Of a DNA stretch of 64,000 nucleotides, positions 30,905 to 41,065 are shown in pieces; positions within the stretch are counted from its first letter, which is position 1, and the number at the start of each line of letters is the position of its first letter. The stretch covers positions 29,863-93,862 of the forward strand of contig JANMPT010000092.1 of assembly GCA_031370005.1 (NCBI GenBank), in the 5' to 3' direction. The notes under the pieces were generated by a model. That model saw nothing but the letters and a program-made list of their open reading frames with translations. It was not told the DNA's origin and ran no database searches. This stretch comes from Bdellovibrionales bacterium (GTDB taxonomy: Bacteria > Bdellovibrionota > Bdellovibrionia > Bdellovibrionales > Bdellovibrionaceae). The translations under genes and the position numbers were made by a program.

Positions 30905-32506
30905 ATGGCAACAGCTGCGGCCCACGGTCATGGTAGTGATAAAAATTATTTAAACGAGTCTAGCGGCCTGTGGTCTTGGCTAACAACCCTAGATCATAAA
31001 CGCATCGGCATTATGTACTTCGTCACGGTCCTGACCTTCTTCCTAATAGGCGGAGTCATGGCCATTTTAATTCGCTTAGAGCTTATGTCTCCGGGCCAAA
31101 CGATCATGACAGCGGATACCTACAATCAAGTGATGACCTATCATGGAACCATCATGGTCTTCATGGTGATTATTCCAGGGATTCCCGCAATTCTGGGGAA
31201 CTTCTTCCTGCCACTACATATTGGGGCCAAAGATGTGGCCTTTCCAAAGCTGAATCTTTTATCTTGGTATTTTTTGATGGCAGGAGCGCTTTTGGCCTTC
31301 TCGACTTTGCTCACTCACAAGGTCGACACTGGTTGGACTTTTTATACTCCTTACTCTATCAAAACGGGGACCTCGGCGACAACGATGGTGCTTGCGGCCT
31401 TCATTATGGGAATGTCTTCAATCCTAACAGGCTTGAATTTCATTGCGACAGTCCATAAGCTTCGTGCTCCAGGGATGACAATGTATCGTATCCCACTATT
31501 TGTATGGGCGATTTACTCAACAGCAATTTTGCAGGTTTTGGCAACTCCAGTTTTGGCGATTACGCTTTTGCTTCTTTCTGTTGAAAGAGTATTTGGAGTT
31601 GGTATTTTTGACCCAGCCTTGGGTGGAGACCCAGTCTTGTTTCAGCATTTTTTCTGGTTCTATTCCCACCCCGCAGTTTACATCATGATTCTACCTGCAA
31701 TGGGAATCGTTAGTGAATTAATCACAACCTTCTCGCGCAAAGTGATTTTCGGCTACACTGCAATTGCATACTCTTCGCTGGGTATTGCTGGTGTATCATT
31801 TTTTGTTTGGGGACATCACATGTTTGTCTCTGGCCAGTCTGAAACGGCGGGAATTGTCTTTTCATTCATTACCATGCTTGTCGGGGTACCTACTGCAATC
31901 AAAATGTTCAATTGGATTGCGACGATGTATAAGGGCTCTATTCAGATGCAGTCTCCGATGTTATTTGCGCTAGGATTTCTGTTTTTATTTGCTATTGGCG
32001 GCGTGACCGGAATTATGCTTGCTGTGATTCCTCTGGACGTGCATTTCCACGATACTTACTTTGTGGTAGCCCACTTTCACTATGTGATGGTAGGTGGAAC
32101 ATTGATGGCGATTATGGGCGGTTTTTATTACTGGTTCCCAAAAATGTTCGGAAAGATGTACAACGAGATCACGGCACGCTTGTCCTTTGTTTTTATTTTT
32201 ATTGGTTTCAATGTGACCTTCTTCCCTCAGTTTATTTTGGGCTCAATGGGTATGCCACGACGCTATTTTGATTACATTCCCGCATATCACTCTTTGAATG
32301 CTATCTCGACCGTCGGGTCATGGTTAATTACGGTTGGATTTTTGATTGCATTATATACAATCATCAACGGTTTAACAAAAGGTGAGAAGGCGCCAATGAA
32401 TCCATGGGGAGCCAAAACTCTCGAGTGGACGACGTCTTCGCCTCCTCCACATTTTAACTTTGATGTAGAGCCAGTTATTACTGGGGGGCCATATGAGTAC
32501 AGATAG
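30905..32506 (+). CDS. coxA: Cytochrome c oxidase subunit I (A2 type)
   Basis: [39 protein letters not shown] and MPRR. Confidence 0.97.
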   Translation: MATAAAHGHGSDKNYLNESSGLWSWLTTLDHKRIGIMYFVTVLTFFLIGGVMAILIRLELMSPGQTIMTADTYNQVMTYHGTIMVFMVIIPGIPAILGNFFLPLHIGAKDVAFPKLNLLSWYFLMAGALLAFSTLLTHKVDTGWTFYTPYSIKTGTSATTMVLAAFIMGMSSILTGLNFIATVHKLRAPGMTMYRIPLFVWAIYSTAILQVLATPVLAITLLLLSVERVFGVGIFDPALGGDPVLFQHFFWFYSHPAVYIMILPAMGIVSELITTFSRKVIFGYTAIAYSSLGIAGVSFFVWGHHMFVSGQSETAGIVFSFITMLVGVPTAIKMFNWIATMYKGSIQMQSPMLFALGFLFLFAIGGVTGIMLAVIPLDVHFHDTYFVVAHFHYVMVGGTLMAIMGGFYYWFPKMFGKMYNEITARLSFVFIFIGFNVTFFPQFILGSMGMPRRYFDYIPAYHSLNAISTVGSWLITVGFLIALYTIINGLTKGEKAPMNPWGAKTLEWTTSSPPPHFNFDVEPVITGGPYEYR

Positions 32507-33158
32507 TCATTCAGCGAAGGGACATGAGCATCATTTTGCTCACCACTTTAGAAGTGCAGAGCACGAATATCAGACAAGCAAAGAAGGCATTTGGTTGTTC
32601 ATGGCGACCGAGATTCTTATGTTCGGTGGATTATTTGTTGGGTACTCGATTTTCCACAACATCTATCCTGAGATGTTTGCTGAAGGTGCAAAATATCTTG
32701 ATTGGAAAATGGGATTTTTGAACACGCTTGTTCTGATTTTTTCTTCTTTGACCATGGCCCTAGGAATTTTCTTTTTGCAGAAGAACCAGCCGAAAAGAGC
32801 AGCAGTGTCTCTGGCGGTTACTATTTTGTGTGGCGCAATCTTCATGGTTGTTAAGTACTTTGAGTACACTCATAAGTTTCATTTAGGTATTTTGCCTGGG
32901 AGGTTCTTGGATGTCACTAAAGTCGGAGCACACCATGCGAATTTAGGAATGTACTTTGGTTTCTATTACTGTATGACGGGCCTACACGGAATCCATGTTC
33001 TTTTGGGCATGGGGCTTATCTCGTGGTTACTTTTCAGAACTCTACGCGGCGACTTCAACTCGAATTACTACACGGCAGTTGAGGGTGTTGGAATTTTTTG
33101 GCACATCGTTGATTTGATTTGGATCTTTCTATTTCCATTACTTTATTTGGTCGGCTAG
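32493..33158 (+). CDS. coxC: Cytochrome c oxidase subunit III
   Basis: [23 protein letters not shown] and [17 protein letters not shown]. Confidence 0.95.
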   Translation: MSTDSHSAKGHEHHFAHHFRSAEHEYQTSKEGIWLFMATEILMFGGLFVGYSIFHNIYPEMFAEGAKYLDWKMGFLNTLVLIFSSLTMALGIFFLQKNQPKRAAVSLAVTILCGAIFMVVKYFEYTHKFHLGILPGRFLDVTKVGAHHANLGMYFGFYYCMTGLHGIHVLLGMGLISWLLFRTLRGDFNSNYYTAVEGVGIFWHIVDLIWIFLFPLLYLVG

Positions 33159-33169
33159 AGGAGGATACT

Positions 33170-33496
33170 ATGGCAGGCAATCATGTAGACAGTCAGGGAC
33201 ACCATATCACTCCATTTGTCGTTTATTTGAAGGTAGCGGCAGCCTTATTTGCGCTTACTTTTTTGACGGTTATAGCCCATCACTTCAGTCAACAGCTGGG
33301 GGCCTTTGCTGCACCAGTGGCATTTTTGATTGCCACGATTAAGGCGATTTTAGTTATGTTGTGGTTCATGCATTTAAAATACGAAAGCGTTGTCAACCGT
33401 GTGATTTTTGGAGCAGGATTTTTTTTCTTAGCAATCTTATTGGCATTCTCGGGATTAGATATTTGGACGCGCGTTGTAGTGTTTAGCACGTTGTAA
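33170..33496 (+). CDS. Cytochrome c oxidase subunit IV (caa3 type)
   Basis: GGAGG RBS; three TM helices and IATIKAILVMLWFMHLK motif. Confidence 0.9.
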   Translation: MAGNHVDSQGHHITPFVVYLKVAAALFALTFLTVIAHHFSQQLGAFAAPVAFLIATIKAILVMLWFMHLKYESVVNRVIFGAGFFFLAILLAFSGLDIWTRVVVFSTL

Positions 33497-33504
33497 TATA
33501 TATT

Positions 33505-34377
33505 GTGCTGAAAATATACACTGATCTTACTAAGTTTGGCATTGTCGTTTTCGTTCTTCTTTCGGGAGTGGCGGGTTATGCCACGGGCTTCGTGATAGAA
33601 AACCCTTTTGATTGGCACCATTTTCTTAAAACAATTTTGGGTCTTTATTTTTTAAGTTCTGGCAGCTTGGCATTGAATCAAGTGCAGGAGTGGCCCTTGG
33701 ACCAAAAAATGCCACGGACAGCAATGCGCCCAGTGGCCGCGGGTATAATCAAGCCTGCCGCAGCGGGAATCTTGGCATTTTTCTTGTTGATACTTGGAGG
33801 CAGCTTTCTTTTTGAGACATCAACAACAGCAGGGTGGCTGGGTGTTTTCACAGTCTTCTTTTACAATGGCCTTTATACTCTTTACTTGAAGCCACAATGG
33901 ATTTACGCAGCTGTCCCTGGGGCAATTCCTGGTGCAATTCCCATCACCATTGGTTATGCAGCAAATTCGCCGGATATTTTTAACTCAGAATCGGTATATT
34001 TATTTCTGATTTTATTCCTTTGGCAAATGCCGCACTTTTGGACCTTATCAATTAAATTTAAAGACGACTATGCTGCGGGGGGAGTTCCCGTCTTGCCTGT
34101 TGCCATGGGGGTCGAAAAAACTCTTTATCAAATCGGTCTCTATACTATTTTGTATGTAGGCGTTGCCCTTGCTGCTCCGTGGTTTGTGCATGCGAGTTGG
34201 GTTTACATTTTGGCTGTCTTACCATTTGCCTTTAAGGTGATGCAGGAATTTATTCGCTTCTACACTTCCAAAGCTACAAAGCGATGGTTCGCATTTTTTA
34301 TGTGGACGAATATGAGCATGCTTGTATTTGTCTTTGTCCCCGTTATTGACAAATGGAACTTCCTATTCTGGAGGTAG
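33505..34377 (+). CDS. ctaB: Protoheme IX farnesyltransferase (heme O synthase)
   Basis: DQKMPRTAMRP, YTLYLK, GAIPGAIP, WQMPHF and DDYAAGGVP. Confidence 0.92.
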   Translation: MLKIYTDLTKFGIVVFVLLSGVAGYATGFVIENPFDWHHFLKTILGLYFLSSGSLALNQVQEWPLDQKMPRTAMRPVAAGIIKPAAAGILAFFLLILGGSFLFETSTTAGWLGVFTVFFYNGLYTLYLKPQWIYAAVPGAIPGAIPITIGYAANSPDIFNSESVYLFLILFLWQMPHFWTLSIKFKDDYAAGGVPVLPVAMGVEKTLYQIGLYTILYVGVALAAPWFVHASWVYILAVLPFAFKVMQEFIRFYTSKATKRWFAFFMWTNMSMLVFVFVPVIDKWNFLFWR

Positions 34378-34405
34378 GCCGTACCTTTTTCGGATGCGGT
34401 GTGGC

Positions 34406-35065
34406 TTATTCAAGTCTGTTTTCCTCGGGTGTATCGGGTTGTCGGAAGGGATGGGCCTTCGTGAAGGGCTCAAGCTTCTGACAATTTTGGAAAATACTCA
34501 TTAGTAGTTTGTATTTCTCTGTATCTACCTTGAAACGCAAGCAGGTCACGATTTGAGGAATAAGGAAAATATCTGCCATCGTTACATTATCACCAAAACA
34601 GTAAGTACCAGCAAAGGCGTGCAGGTTTTTTTCCAAAGCATCAAGGCCACTATGTCCCCAGTGTTGAGCCCAGGCCTCTTTTTGCTCTTGAGTATAGCCC
34701 ACAGTTTCCTCCAAATATCGGAGGACTCTTAAGTTACCTAGAGGGTGCATGGAGGAGTTAACTATTTCACAAACCTGACGGACTCGCGCTCTTAAATAGG
34801 CATCCTTTGGTAGTAGCGGGGGCGTTGGAGCAATCTCCTCAAGATATTCGATAATGGCATAAGAATCTGGAATAACCTTCCCATTGTGAATAAGTGTGGG
34901 GACTCCGCCAATCGGATTTAACTTTCTATACTCCGGTAAGTAGTGCTCGTCTTTAAGTAAATGCACCGCCTCGTATTTGAAAGGGATGTTTTTATAATTC
35001 AGCGCGATGCGGACACGGTAAGATGTCGAGCTTCGAAAATAGTTGTGTAAAATAAATTCTGCCAT
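34406..35065 (-). CDS. maiA: Maleylacetoacetate isomerase (GST zeta)
   Basis: YFRSSTSYRVRIAL, NPIGGVPTL, HPLGNLRVL and HPFRQPD. Confidence 0.93.
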   Translation of the reverse strand: MAEFILHNYFRSSTSYRVRIALNYKNIPFKYEAVHLLKDEHYLPEYRKLNPIGGVPTLIHNGKVIPDSYAIIEYLEEIAPTPPLLPKDAYLRARVRQVCEIVNSSMHPLGNLRVLRYLEETVGYTQEQKEAWAQHWGHSGLDALEKNLHAFAGTYCFGDNVTMADIFLIPQIVTCLRFKVDTEKYKLLMSIFQNCQKLEPFTKAHPFRQPDTPEENRLE

Positions 35066-35087
35066 AATCTGATTCCACTATTAAGAT

Positions 35088-35864
35088 TTGGATGAGTCAA
35101 AGATGAACGCAATGATGAATTTACTAAGCAAATCGAGTCAGATTTTTAGCAAACTGTTGGTTTTTAACAGCTCTGTGCTTTTTTCTATGAGCTTACAGCG
35201 TGCAGTCTTGTTTCTTGTGGTGGTTCGTCACTGGATTTTCGGCTCTGACCGCCTAAGCATTGCTGAAAGCTTTATCAATGGAGTTCGCTTTGACCTCTGC
35301 GTTTTAGGATTCATCAATATTCCTATGTTGTTTTTTGTGTGGGCCATTAGTATGGATTTCACAATAAATACGCCAAATAAGGTCTTTCAGCTTCTGCGGA
35401 AGTGGACCCCATGGATTTACTTGATCGTGACAACTCTGATCATTCATATTCTTGGTCTTTTTGACATGATGTTCTTTGCAGCGAATAGTCAGCGCTGGAC
35501 ATATTATGACTGGAGAGACAGCGGGCTGTCGTTTCTAGGCAGGGTTGCAAATGCTTGGGGTGGTTTTTTTACGTTCGGAGTGATTGCTCTGTTTTTGATG
35601 CTTTGGCTTTTCCGCGGTGTCCTTCCGTTGCGCAAGATCCAGCAAGAGCTCGATACAATGCCCGTTAAAAAGGCAAATTTTAGAAAATCAAAAGCAGTTC
35701 TATTCCTGACGGGTTTTTTATTACCACTTTTGACAGTCGCATTGGCGGCACGGGGAACTTGGACCGCGCATCATTTAAACAAGGAGCAGGCAGAGGTGAG
35801 TCAAATTCAAATTCTGAATCAAATGACATTAAGCCCGGCCTGGGCTTTCGATAAAAAGTTTTAA
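35088..35864 (+). CDS. Membrane protein resembling the N-terminal TM region of LTA-synthase/sulfatase family proteins
   Basis: About five TM helices with GVRFDL and AARG...LNQMTL motifs; no sulfatase domain follows. Confidence 0.55.
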   Translation: MDESKMNAMMNLLSKSSQIFSKLLVFNSSVLFSMSLQRAVLFLVVVRHWIFGSDRLSIAESFINGVRFDLCVLGFINIPMLFFVWAISMDFTINTPNKVFQLLRKWTPWIYLIVTTLIIHILGLFDMMFFAANSQRWTYYDWRDSGLSFLGRVANAWGGFFTFGVIALFLMLWLFRGVLPLRKIQQELDTMPVKKANFRKSKAVLFLTGFLLPLLTVALAARGTWTAHHLNKEQAEVSQIQILNQMTLSPAWAFDKKF

Positions 35865-35919
35865 ATCCTTCTATTCTGTGGAAGAATAATTCGCAAAGCC
35901 CCAAAAGAGGCTAGAGGAG

Positions 35920-36474
35920 ATGTTTATGTTTCAGAAGTTTGCAGCGACAATAATAGCATTTGTGACTTTTGTTTCTTTCCATGCGTCAGCCCAATATATG
36001 GGTGTAGAGCTTGGAGTTCGTCAGCAGTCAGCATCTGCGACAGCAGCCGGAGCTTCAACTAGCACTGAAATGGCATATCAATTCGGTTTGGTTGGCGCCT
36101 TTCCTATGGCCGGATCATTGCTTTTTCGCTCGGGTTTCCTTTACACACAAAGGCCCATTACTGTAAAGTCTGGCGCTACGACTACTAAATATTCTTTTAA
36201 CTATTTTGATATCCCACTAACTGTACTATGGAAACTAAACGACTTCGGTGGGATTTATGGTGGTTTAAATTTGGCTCTGGCGGCGTCCGCAGATTGTGAT
36301 AACTGCGGTGTTTCTGTCGATAAAAAGGGTGCTATGCCCATGGTTCTAGGTGGAAGTTTCAAATTTGCTCCAAACTTTGGTCTTGATGTTTACTTCGAAG
36401 CAATGAACAAATTTAATGACAGCTTCAAAGACGGGAGTGCCGTTGGCGCGAATCTTCTTATCACGTTCGATTAA
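35920..36474 (+). CDS. Outer membrane beta-barrel protein (8-strand, porin-family-like)
   Basis: Signal peptide, amphipathic beta strands, YFDIPL motif and near-terminal Phe. Confidence 0.75.
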   Translation: MFMFQKFAATIIAFVTFVSFHASAQYMGVELGVRQQSASATAAGASTSTEMAYQFGLVGAFPMAGSLLFRSGFLYTQRPITVKSGATTTKYSFNYFDIPLTVLWKLNDFGGIYGGLNLALAASADCDNCGVSVDKKGAMPMVLGGSFKFAPNFGLDVYFEAMNKFNDSFKDGSAVGANLLITFD

Positions 36475-36483
36475 GGATAACTT

Positions 36484-37470
36484 ATGAAGCTGGGCTCGCT
36501 GAAATCGGTAAAATCTCTGGATGGGGAGCTTGTTGTTGTCAGCCATGACAATAAGAAAGCCGTTAAAGTCCCACAAATTGCCTCTTCGCTTCGAGAGGCA
36601 CTAGAAAAATGGTCTCTTGTCGAGAAAGCGCTTTTGCTAATTTCTGAAGACTTATGTGCGGGAAAAGCAGTTCAAAGTTTTGATGTAAAGGAGTCTGATT
36701 TCCATTCAGCTCTTCCCCGCACGTGGCTTTTTGCGGATGGCTCGGCCTTTATTCATCATATTAAACTTGTACGTAAGGCCCGCGGAGCCGAGTTGCCCGC
36801 TACGTTGAACACAGTCCCTCTAATGTATCAAGGTGAGTGCGGAGAGTTTTTGGCACCAACTGAGGATATTCCCCAGCTTGACTTCGCTCATGGAACTGAT
36901 TTCGAAGGCGAAGTCGGTGTGATCACTGACTTTGTTCCAATGGCAACGACCCCCGAAGAGGCATTAAAAAAAATTCGCTTGCTGATTTTGATAAATGATA
37001 TTTCTTTACGTGGTCTCATTCCAGAGGAGCTTGGGCAAGGGTTCGGGTTTTTCCAAAGCAAGCCTGCGTCCGCACTATCACCTTTTGCTGTGACCGTGGA
37101 TGAGCTTGGTGCCGCTTGGAAGGATGGCCGCATTCATTTGCCATTAGAGGTAAATTATAATGGGGCTTTCTTTGGTAAAGCCAATGCGAAGGATATGTTT
37201 TTTCATTTTGGACAGCTGATTTCCCATGCCGCAAAAACTCGCAATTTGGTGGCAGGCTCCATTATTGGAAGTGGGACTGTTTCTAGTGAAGATCTGTCTA
37301 TGGGTTCAAGTTGCTTGGCAGAAAAAAGAACTTTAGAGCTGATTCATGAAGGGAAAATTACTACCCCATTTATGAAGGACGGGGACATTGTTGAAATAAA
37401 AATGAAGTCTTCAGAAGGTGAAAATATCTTTGGAACTATTTGCCAAAAAGTTCGCGCAGTTAAAATGTAG
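36484..37470 (+). CDS. Fumarylacetoacetate hydrolase family protein
   Basis: DFEGEVGV, NDISLR, FFQSKP and GSGTVS; near hmgA and maiA. Confidence 0.92.
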   Translation: MKLGSLKSVKSLDGELVVVSHDNKKAVKVPQIASSLREALEKWSLVEKALLLISEDLCAGKAVQSFDVKESDFHSALPRTWLFADGSAFIHHIKLVRKARGAELPATLNTVPLMYQGECGEFLAPTEDIPQLDFAHGTDFEGEVGVITDFVPMATTPEEALKKIRLLILINDISLRGLIPEELGQGFGFFQSKPASALSPFAVTVDELGAAWKDGRIHLPLEVNYNGAFFGKANAKDMFFHFGQLISHAAKTRNLVAGSIIGSGTVSSEDLSMGSSCLAEKRTLELIHEGKITTPFMKDGDIVEIKMKSSEGENIFGTICQKVRAVKM

Positions 37471-37499
37471 TCAACTAAGCAGGTATCTTTAACGATAAA

Positions 37500-38093
37500 T
37501 TATTTCAAGGCTTCGATCACGCCACAGGCGACCCGCCCGCCTGCGTTTCCTGTTGGCTGAGTTTTAAAATCATCTGCGTTTTCGTGGACGATAACACTCT
37601 TGCCAAGAATTCCTTCGGCTCCACCGATTGTGATTCCACTCAGCACAAAAGTAAGTTTCACTTTTCCTTTTGCGTCTGCGATGACATTTCCCATATCGCC
37701 GCTATGTTTTTCAAGGGCCTCAGCTCCGCCATGGGCTTTATGAGTAGGATTGAAATGTCCGCCAGCGCTTGTAAAATCAGGAGCACTGCAATTGCCCCTC
37801 TCGTGAATATGAAACCCATGAGGTCCTGGCTTTAAACCTTCGAGCATCACTTCAAGTTTAACTTTGTCCCCGGATTGCATAAAATGGATGACGCCTCTCG
37901 CCTTTTGATTTTTGGCAGATTTTATTGTTGCTTGGGCAGAAAATGGCCCTTGATCCTCAACAGGCTTTGCAATTACTCGGTGTGCTGTGTGCTCGTTTAT
38001 AGTATTGTTTGCCAATGGCTGGTCGGTTTCTTTGTGTGCGCAAGCAATACAGAGGGCACTAGAAAGAACAATGGTATAGATAATATTTTTCAT
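37500..38093 (-). CDS. sodC: Cu/Zn superoxide dismutase (lipoprotein)
   Basis: Lipobox CIAC, HGFHIH, GGHFNP, HSGDMGN, VIVH and GNAGGRVACG. Confidence 0.95.
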   Translation of the reverse strand: MKNIIYTIVLSSALCIACAHKETDQPLANNTINEHTAHRVIAKPVEDQGPFSAQATIKSAKNQKARGVIHFMQSGDKVKLEVMLEGLKPGPHGFHIHERGNCSAPDFTSAGGHFNPTHKAHGGAEALEKHSGDMGNVIADAKGKVKLTFVLSGITIGGAEGILGKSVIVHENADDFKTQPTGNAGGRVACGVIEALK

Positions 38094-38139
38094 AAACAAA
38101 CGCTAAGGCATTTTTTAGGAAAAAACAAGGGAGGCTTTT

Positions 38140-38583
38140 ATGGCAAACGTAGCAATCTGTAATAATTTAGCAAGAACACTTGCGGATGAGTACACACTTA
38201 TGCTGAAAACTCAGAATTTTCATTGGAACGTGGAAGGGCCGATGTTCTATTCTTTGCATTTGATGTTTGAACAGCAATATACCTCGATGCAGCTAACAGT
38301 TGATCGTGTAGCAGAGCGCATTCGTGCTTTGGGGCAGAGAGCCCCTGGAAGCTATGATGAATTTAAAAAAATATCGAAAGTTCTTGATGCCCCTGCAGAT
38401 AAAATCAGCGCTCATCAGATGATTGAAATGCTCGTGGACGATCACGAAACTCTACTTAAGGATATCCATCAATTCAGAAAAATGGCAGATCAGGCAGCGG
38501 ACGCAAGCACAGCGGCTTTATACGATGAACTTGCGCTTTTCCACGACAAGGCAGCGTGGATGATTCGCAGCCAGAGATCGTAA
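38140..38583 (+). CDS. dps: Dps-family DNA protection/ferritin-like protein
   Basis: KTQNFHWNVEG, LHLMFEQQY, DRVAERI and HDKAAWMIRS. Confidence 0.95.
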   Translation: MANVAICNNLARTLADEYTLMLKTQNFHWNVEGPMFYSLHLMFEQQYTSMQLTVDRVAERIRALGQRAPGSYDEFKKISKVLDAPADKISAHQMIEMLVDDHETLLKDIHQFRKMADQAADASTAALYDELALFHDKAAWMIRSQRS

Positions 38584-38595
38584 TCTAGCGGGTTA

Positions 38596-38985
38596 TCAAT
38601 TGCTAAATGTGGTGCAAAAAAGATCTTGCTGCTGGGGGCCTTTATGGTAGGTCGCTTGGAAGGTTTTGTTCGACCCCAAGAGTGACATCTCGGCGTCCAC
38701 ACGTGCCTCAGGTGAGTACCAAATTTGTATGTAAACTTGTTGGTCCCACAGTGGAATTTGATATACAAGGACAGGCGTGCTTTCAATGAGGGCAAGTCCG
38801 TCCAGAAGGTCGATCTTACCTACACGCCGCCCCAGCTGAGTATCGAAATAATCCTTCATACGTAGGCTATTGGTTGTGACTATATGATTTTGAAAACTGC
38901 ATTCATATACAGTGCTTGTTAGCTCTTGCGAAAAGGCCTGGGTGGTTCCCAGAAAAGAAAATAAGCATATCGATAAAAATCTCAT
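38596..38985 (-). CDS. Hypothetical secreted protein
   Basis: Signal peptide ending AFS; two Cys in the mature part; preceded by a sigma28-like promoter. Confidence 0.65.
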   Translation of the reverse strand: MRFLSICLFSFLGTTQAFSQELTSTVYECSFQNHIVTTNSLRMKDYFDTQLGRRVGKIDLLDGLALIESTPVLVYQIPLWDQQVYIQIWYSPEARVDAEMSLLGSNKTFQATYHKGPQQQDLFCTTFSN

Positions 38986-38991
38986 AGATTC

Positions 38992-39018
38992 TTATCGATG
39001 AATTAAAACTAAGACTAA
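38992..39018 (-). promoter_or_regulatory. Sigma28-like promoter
   Basis: Minus strand TTAG-N15-ATCGATAA, 6 nt before ATG 38985. Confidence 0.5.
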
Positions 39019-39104
39019 AGGTCTAGACCCTTGGCGTTGGCCCAGTTTCGTAGAATAAAATTCCTCTTTGACTTTGAGAGCAGAGATCTGGTTATTCTTT
39101 TAGC

Positions 39105-40388
39105 ATGGATAAACAATACTTATCAGGATTTGGAAATCACTTTTCATCAGAAGCACTGCCTAACGCATTGCCTTTGTCTCAAAATTCGCCGCAAAAATGT
39201 CCCCTGGGGCTTTATGCAGAACAGCTGAGTGGCTCTGCATTTACGGCCCCGCGCTCAACGAATTTGGCTTCGTGGTTTTACCGAATTCGTCCTTCTGTTA
39301 TGCATAAGACCTTTGTTCCAATGGTCGAATTAACTGAAAAAACGTTATTTAGACCAAAACATATAAATCCAAATCAAATGCGTTGGAACCCATTGCCGAT
39401 CCCAACAATACCGCTGGATTTCGTTGAGGGACTTCGCACTATTTGCGGTGTTGGCTCCGCTCTTGAGCAAAGGGGTTTACATATTCACCTCTATGCCTTT
39501 AATCACGCCATGGGTTTGCGTTATTTGATGAATGCGGATGGTGATTTTCTTTTTGTTCTTCAATCGGGCTCTGTGGAAGTTAAAACAGAGTTCGGAGTGT
39601 TTGAAGCTGAACCCGGTGAAATTGTTGTAGTCCCTCGCGGAATAAAGTTTCAAGTTAATCCACGTTCGGCGGCTTGTCTTGGGTATATCTGTGAAAACTT
39701 TGGGGCTCCTTTTCGTTTGCCAGATTTAGGGCCGATTGGAGCCAATGGCTTGGCTCATCCTCGTCATTTTATGGCGCCAGCTGCAGCTTTCGAGGATCAA
39801 GATGGTAACTTTGAACTTATTGGTAAATTCTCTGGTCAATTTTGGAATGCAGAGATGAACCATTCGCCACTTGATGTGGTTGCTTGGCATGGAAACTATG
39901 TTCCCTTTAAATATGATCTTCGAAAATTTAACACAATCAATACAGTGAGTTTTGATCATCCAGACCCTTCGATTTTTACGGTTTTAACCTCACCAAGTGA
40001 TACCGTCGGGGTGGCCAACGTTGATTTTGTAGTTTTCCCGCCACGGTGGATGGTGGCGGAGCATACTTTCCGACCGCCATATTTCCATCGGAACTGTATG
40101 AGCGAGTATATGGGTCTTATTAATGGGGTCTACGACGCAAAGACAAGCGGAGGCTTTATTCCCGGCGGAGGAAGTCTTCATAATTTCTTCTCGGCCCATG
40201 GTCCCGATTGCGATACCTATGAGAGGGCCAGTGACATAAAACTGGCGCCTCATAAACTTGAAGATGCTTTGGCCTTTATGTTTGAAACCCGTGCGCCCTA
40301 TATGCTAACGGACTTTGCGATGCAAAAGCCATTCTTGCAGGAAAATTATCAAGAGTGCTGGCAAGGTTTCAATAAGCGCTTTAAATAA
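39105..40388 (+). CDS. hmgA: Homogentisate 1,2-dioxygenase
   Basis: YLSGFGN, GLYAEQLSGSAFT, GPIGANGLA, DHPDPSIFTVLT and FRPPYFHRNCMSEYMG. Confidence 0.97.
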   Translation: MDKQYLSGFGNHFSSEALPNALPLSQNSPQKCPLGLYAEQLSGSAFTAPRSTNLASWFYRIRPSVMHKTFVPMVELTEKTLFRPKHINPNQMRWNPLPIPTIPLDFVEGLRTICGVGSALEQRGLHIHLYAFNHAMGLRYLMNADGDFLFVLQSGSVEVKTEFGVFEAEPGEIVVVPRGIKFQVNPRSAACLGYICENFGAPFRLPDLGPIGANGLAHPRHFMAPAAAFEDQDGNFELIGKFSGQFWNAEMNHSPLDVVAWHGNYVPFKYDLRKFNTINTVSFDHPDPSIFTVLTSPSDTVGVANVDFVVFPPRWMVAEHTFRPPYFHRNCMSEYMGLINGVYDAKTSGGFIPGGGSLHNFFSAHGPDCDTYERASDIKLAPHKLEDALAFMFETRAPYMLTDFAMQKPFLQENYQECWQGFNKRFK

Positions 40389-40390
40389 TT

Positions 40391-41065
40391 ATGCTTATTT
40401 TTAAAACCCAAGATTCTGAAAATAAATATTTTTTACAGATTCATAAATTTGTCGATGACTTTTATGAGGTTCCAGAGAGCTTTCTTTCTTTGGAAGAATG
40501 TCAGTATTTTCACCAGATCGAGAATAAAAAAAGAAGGGCTGAATATCTACAATCCCGGTTCACTTTAAAGACCTTGCTTGCCAATAGGACTTCGCTTTTG
40601 CCAAGCAATATTCATTTTCATTCAATTGGCGAAGGAAAACCTGTTTTGAATCTTTCCTCGGTAAGGATTGATTTTAATCTTTCACATAGCGGTGAGTTTT
40701 TCGCACTTGTTGTTTCGGAAAAAGGTCAAGTGGGAGTCGACATTGAGCAATTTCGGACGCCTTACGGTCTTGCGAAAATCACGACTAGGTTTTTCTCTGA
40801 TAAAGAGGCCGCATTGATTCGGCAGGAGTCGAATGCAAAAAAACAAATAGAAATTTTTTCGAAATTTTGGTCCGGCAAAGAAGCAATTATTAAAACTGTC
40901 GGCGGGGGGGTTTTTAAAAACATTCGTGAAGTTGAAATTGACAGTCAGACCTGGCAAATTAAAAAGCTTCCTTTAGATTTTGGCAGGCTTTCGCTATGGC
41001 AGCTAAATTTCTTTGAAAATATTGAGGGATATATTTGCAGTGTCTCTTTTAAAAGTTCCACTTAA
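40391..41065 (+). CDS. Sfp-type 4'-phosphopantetheinyl transferase
   Basis: GKP, FNLSHS, VGVDIE and WSGKEAIIK. Confidence 0.93.
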   Translation: MLIFKTQDSENKYFLQIHKFVDDFYEVPESFLSLEECQYFHQIENKKRRAEYLQSRFTLKTLLANRTSLLPSNIHFHSIGEGKPVLNLSSVRIDFNLSHSGEFFALVVSEKGQVGVDIEQFRTPYGLAKITTRFFSDKEAALIRQESNAKKQIEIFSKFWSGKEAIIKTVGGGVFKNIREVEIDSQTWQIKKLPLDFGRLSLWQLNFFENIEGYICSVSFKSST

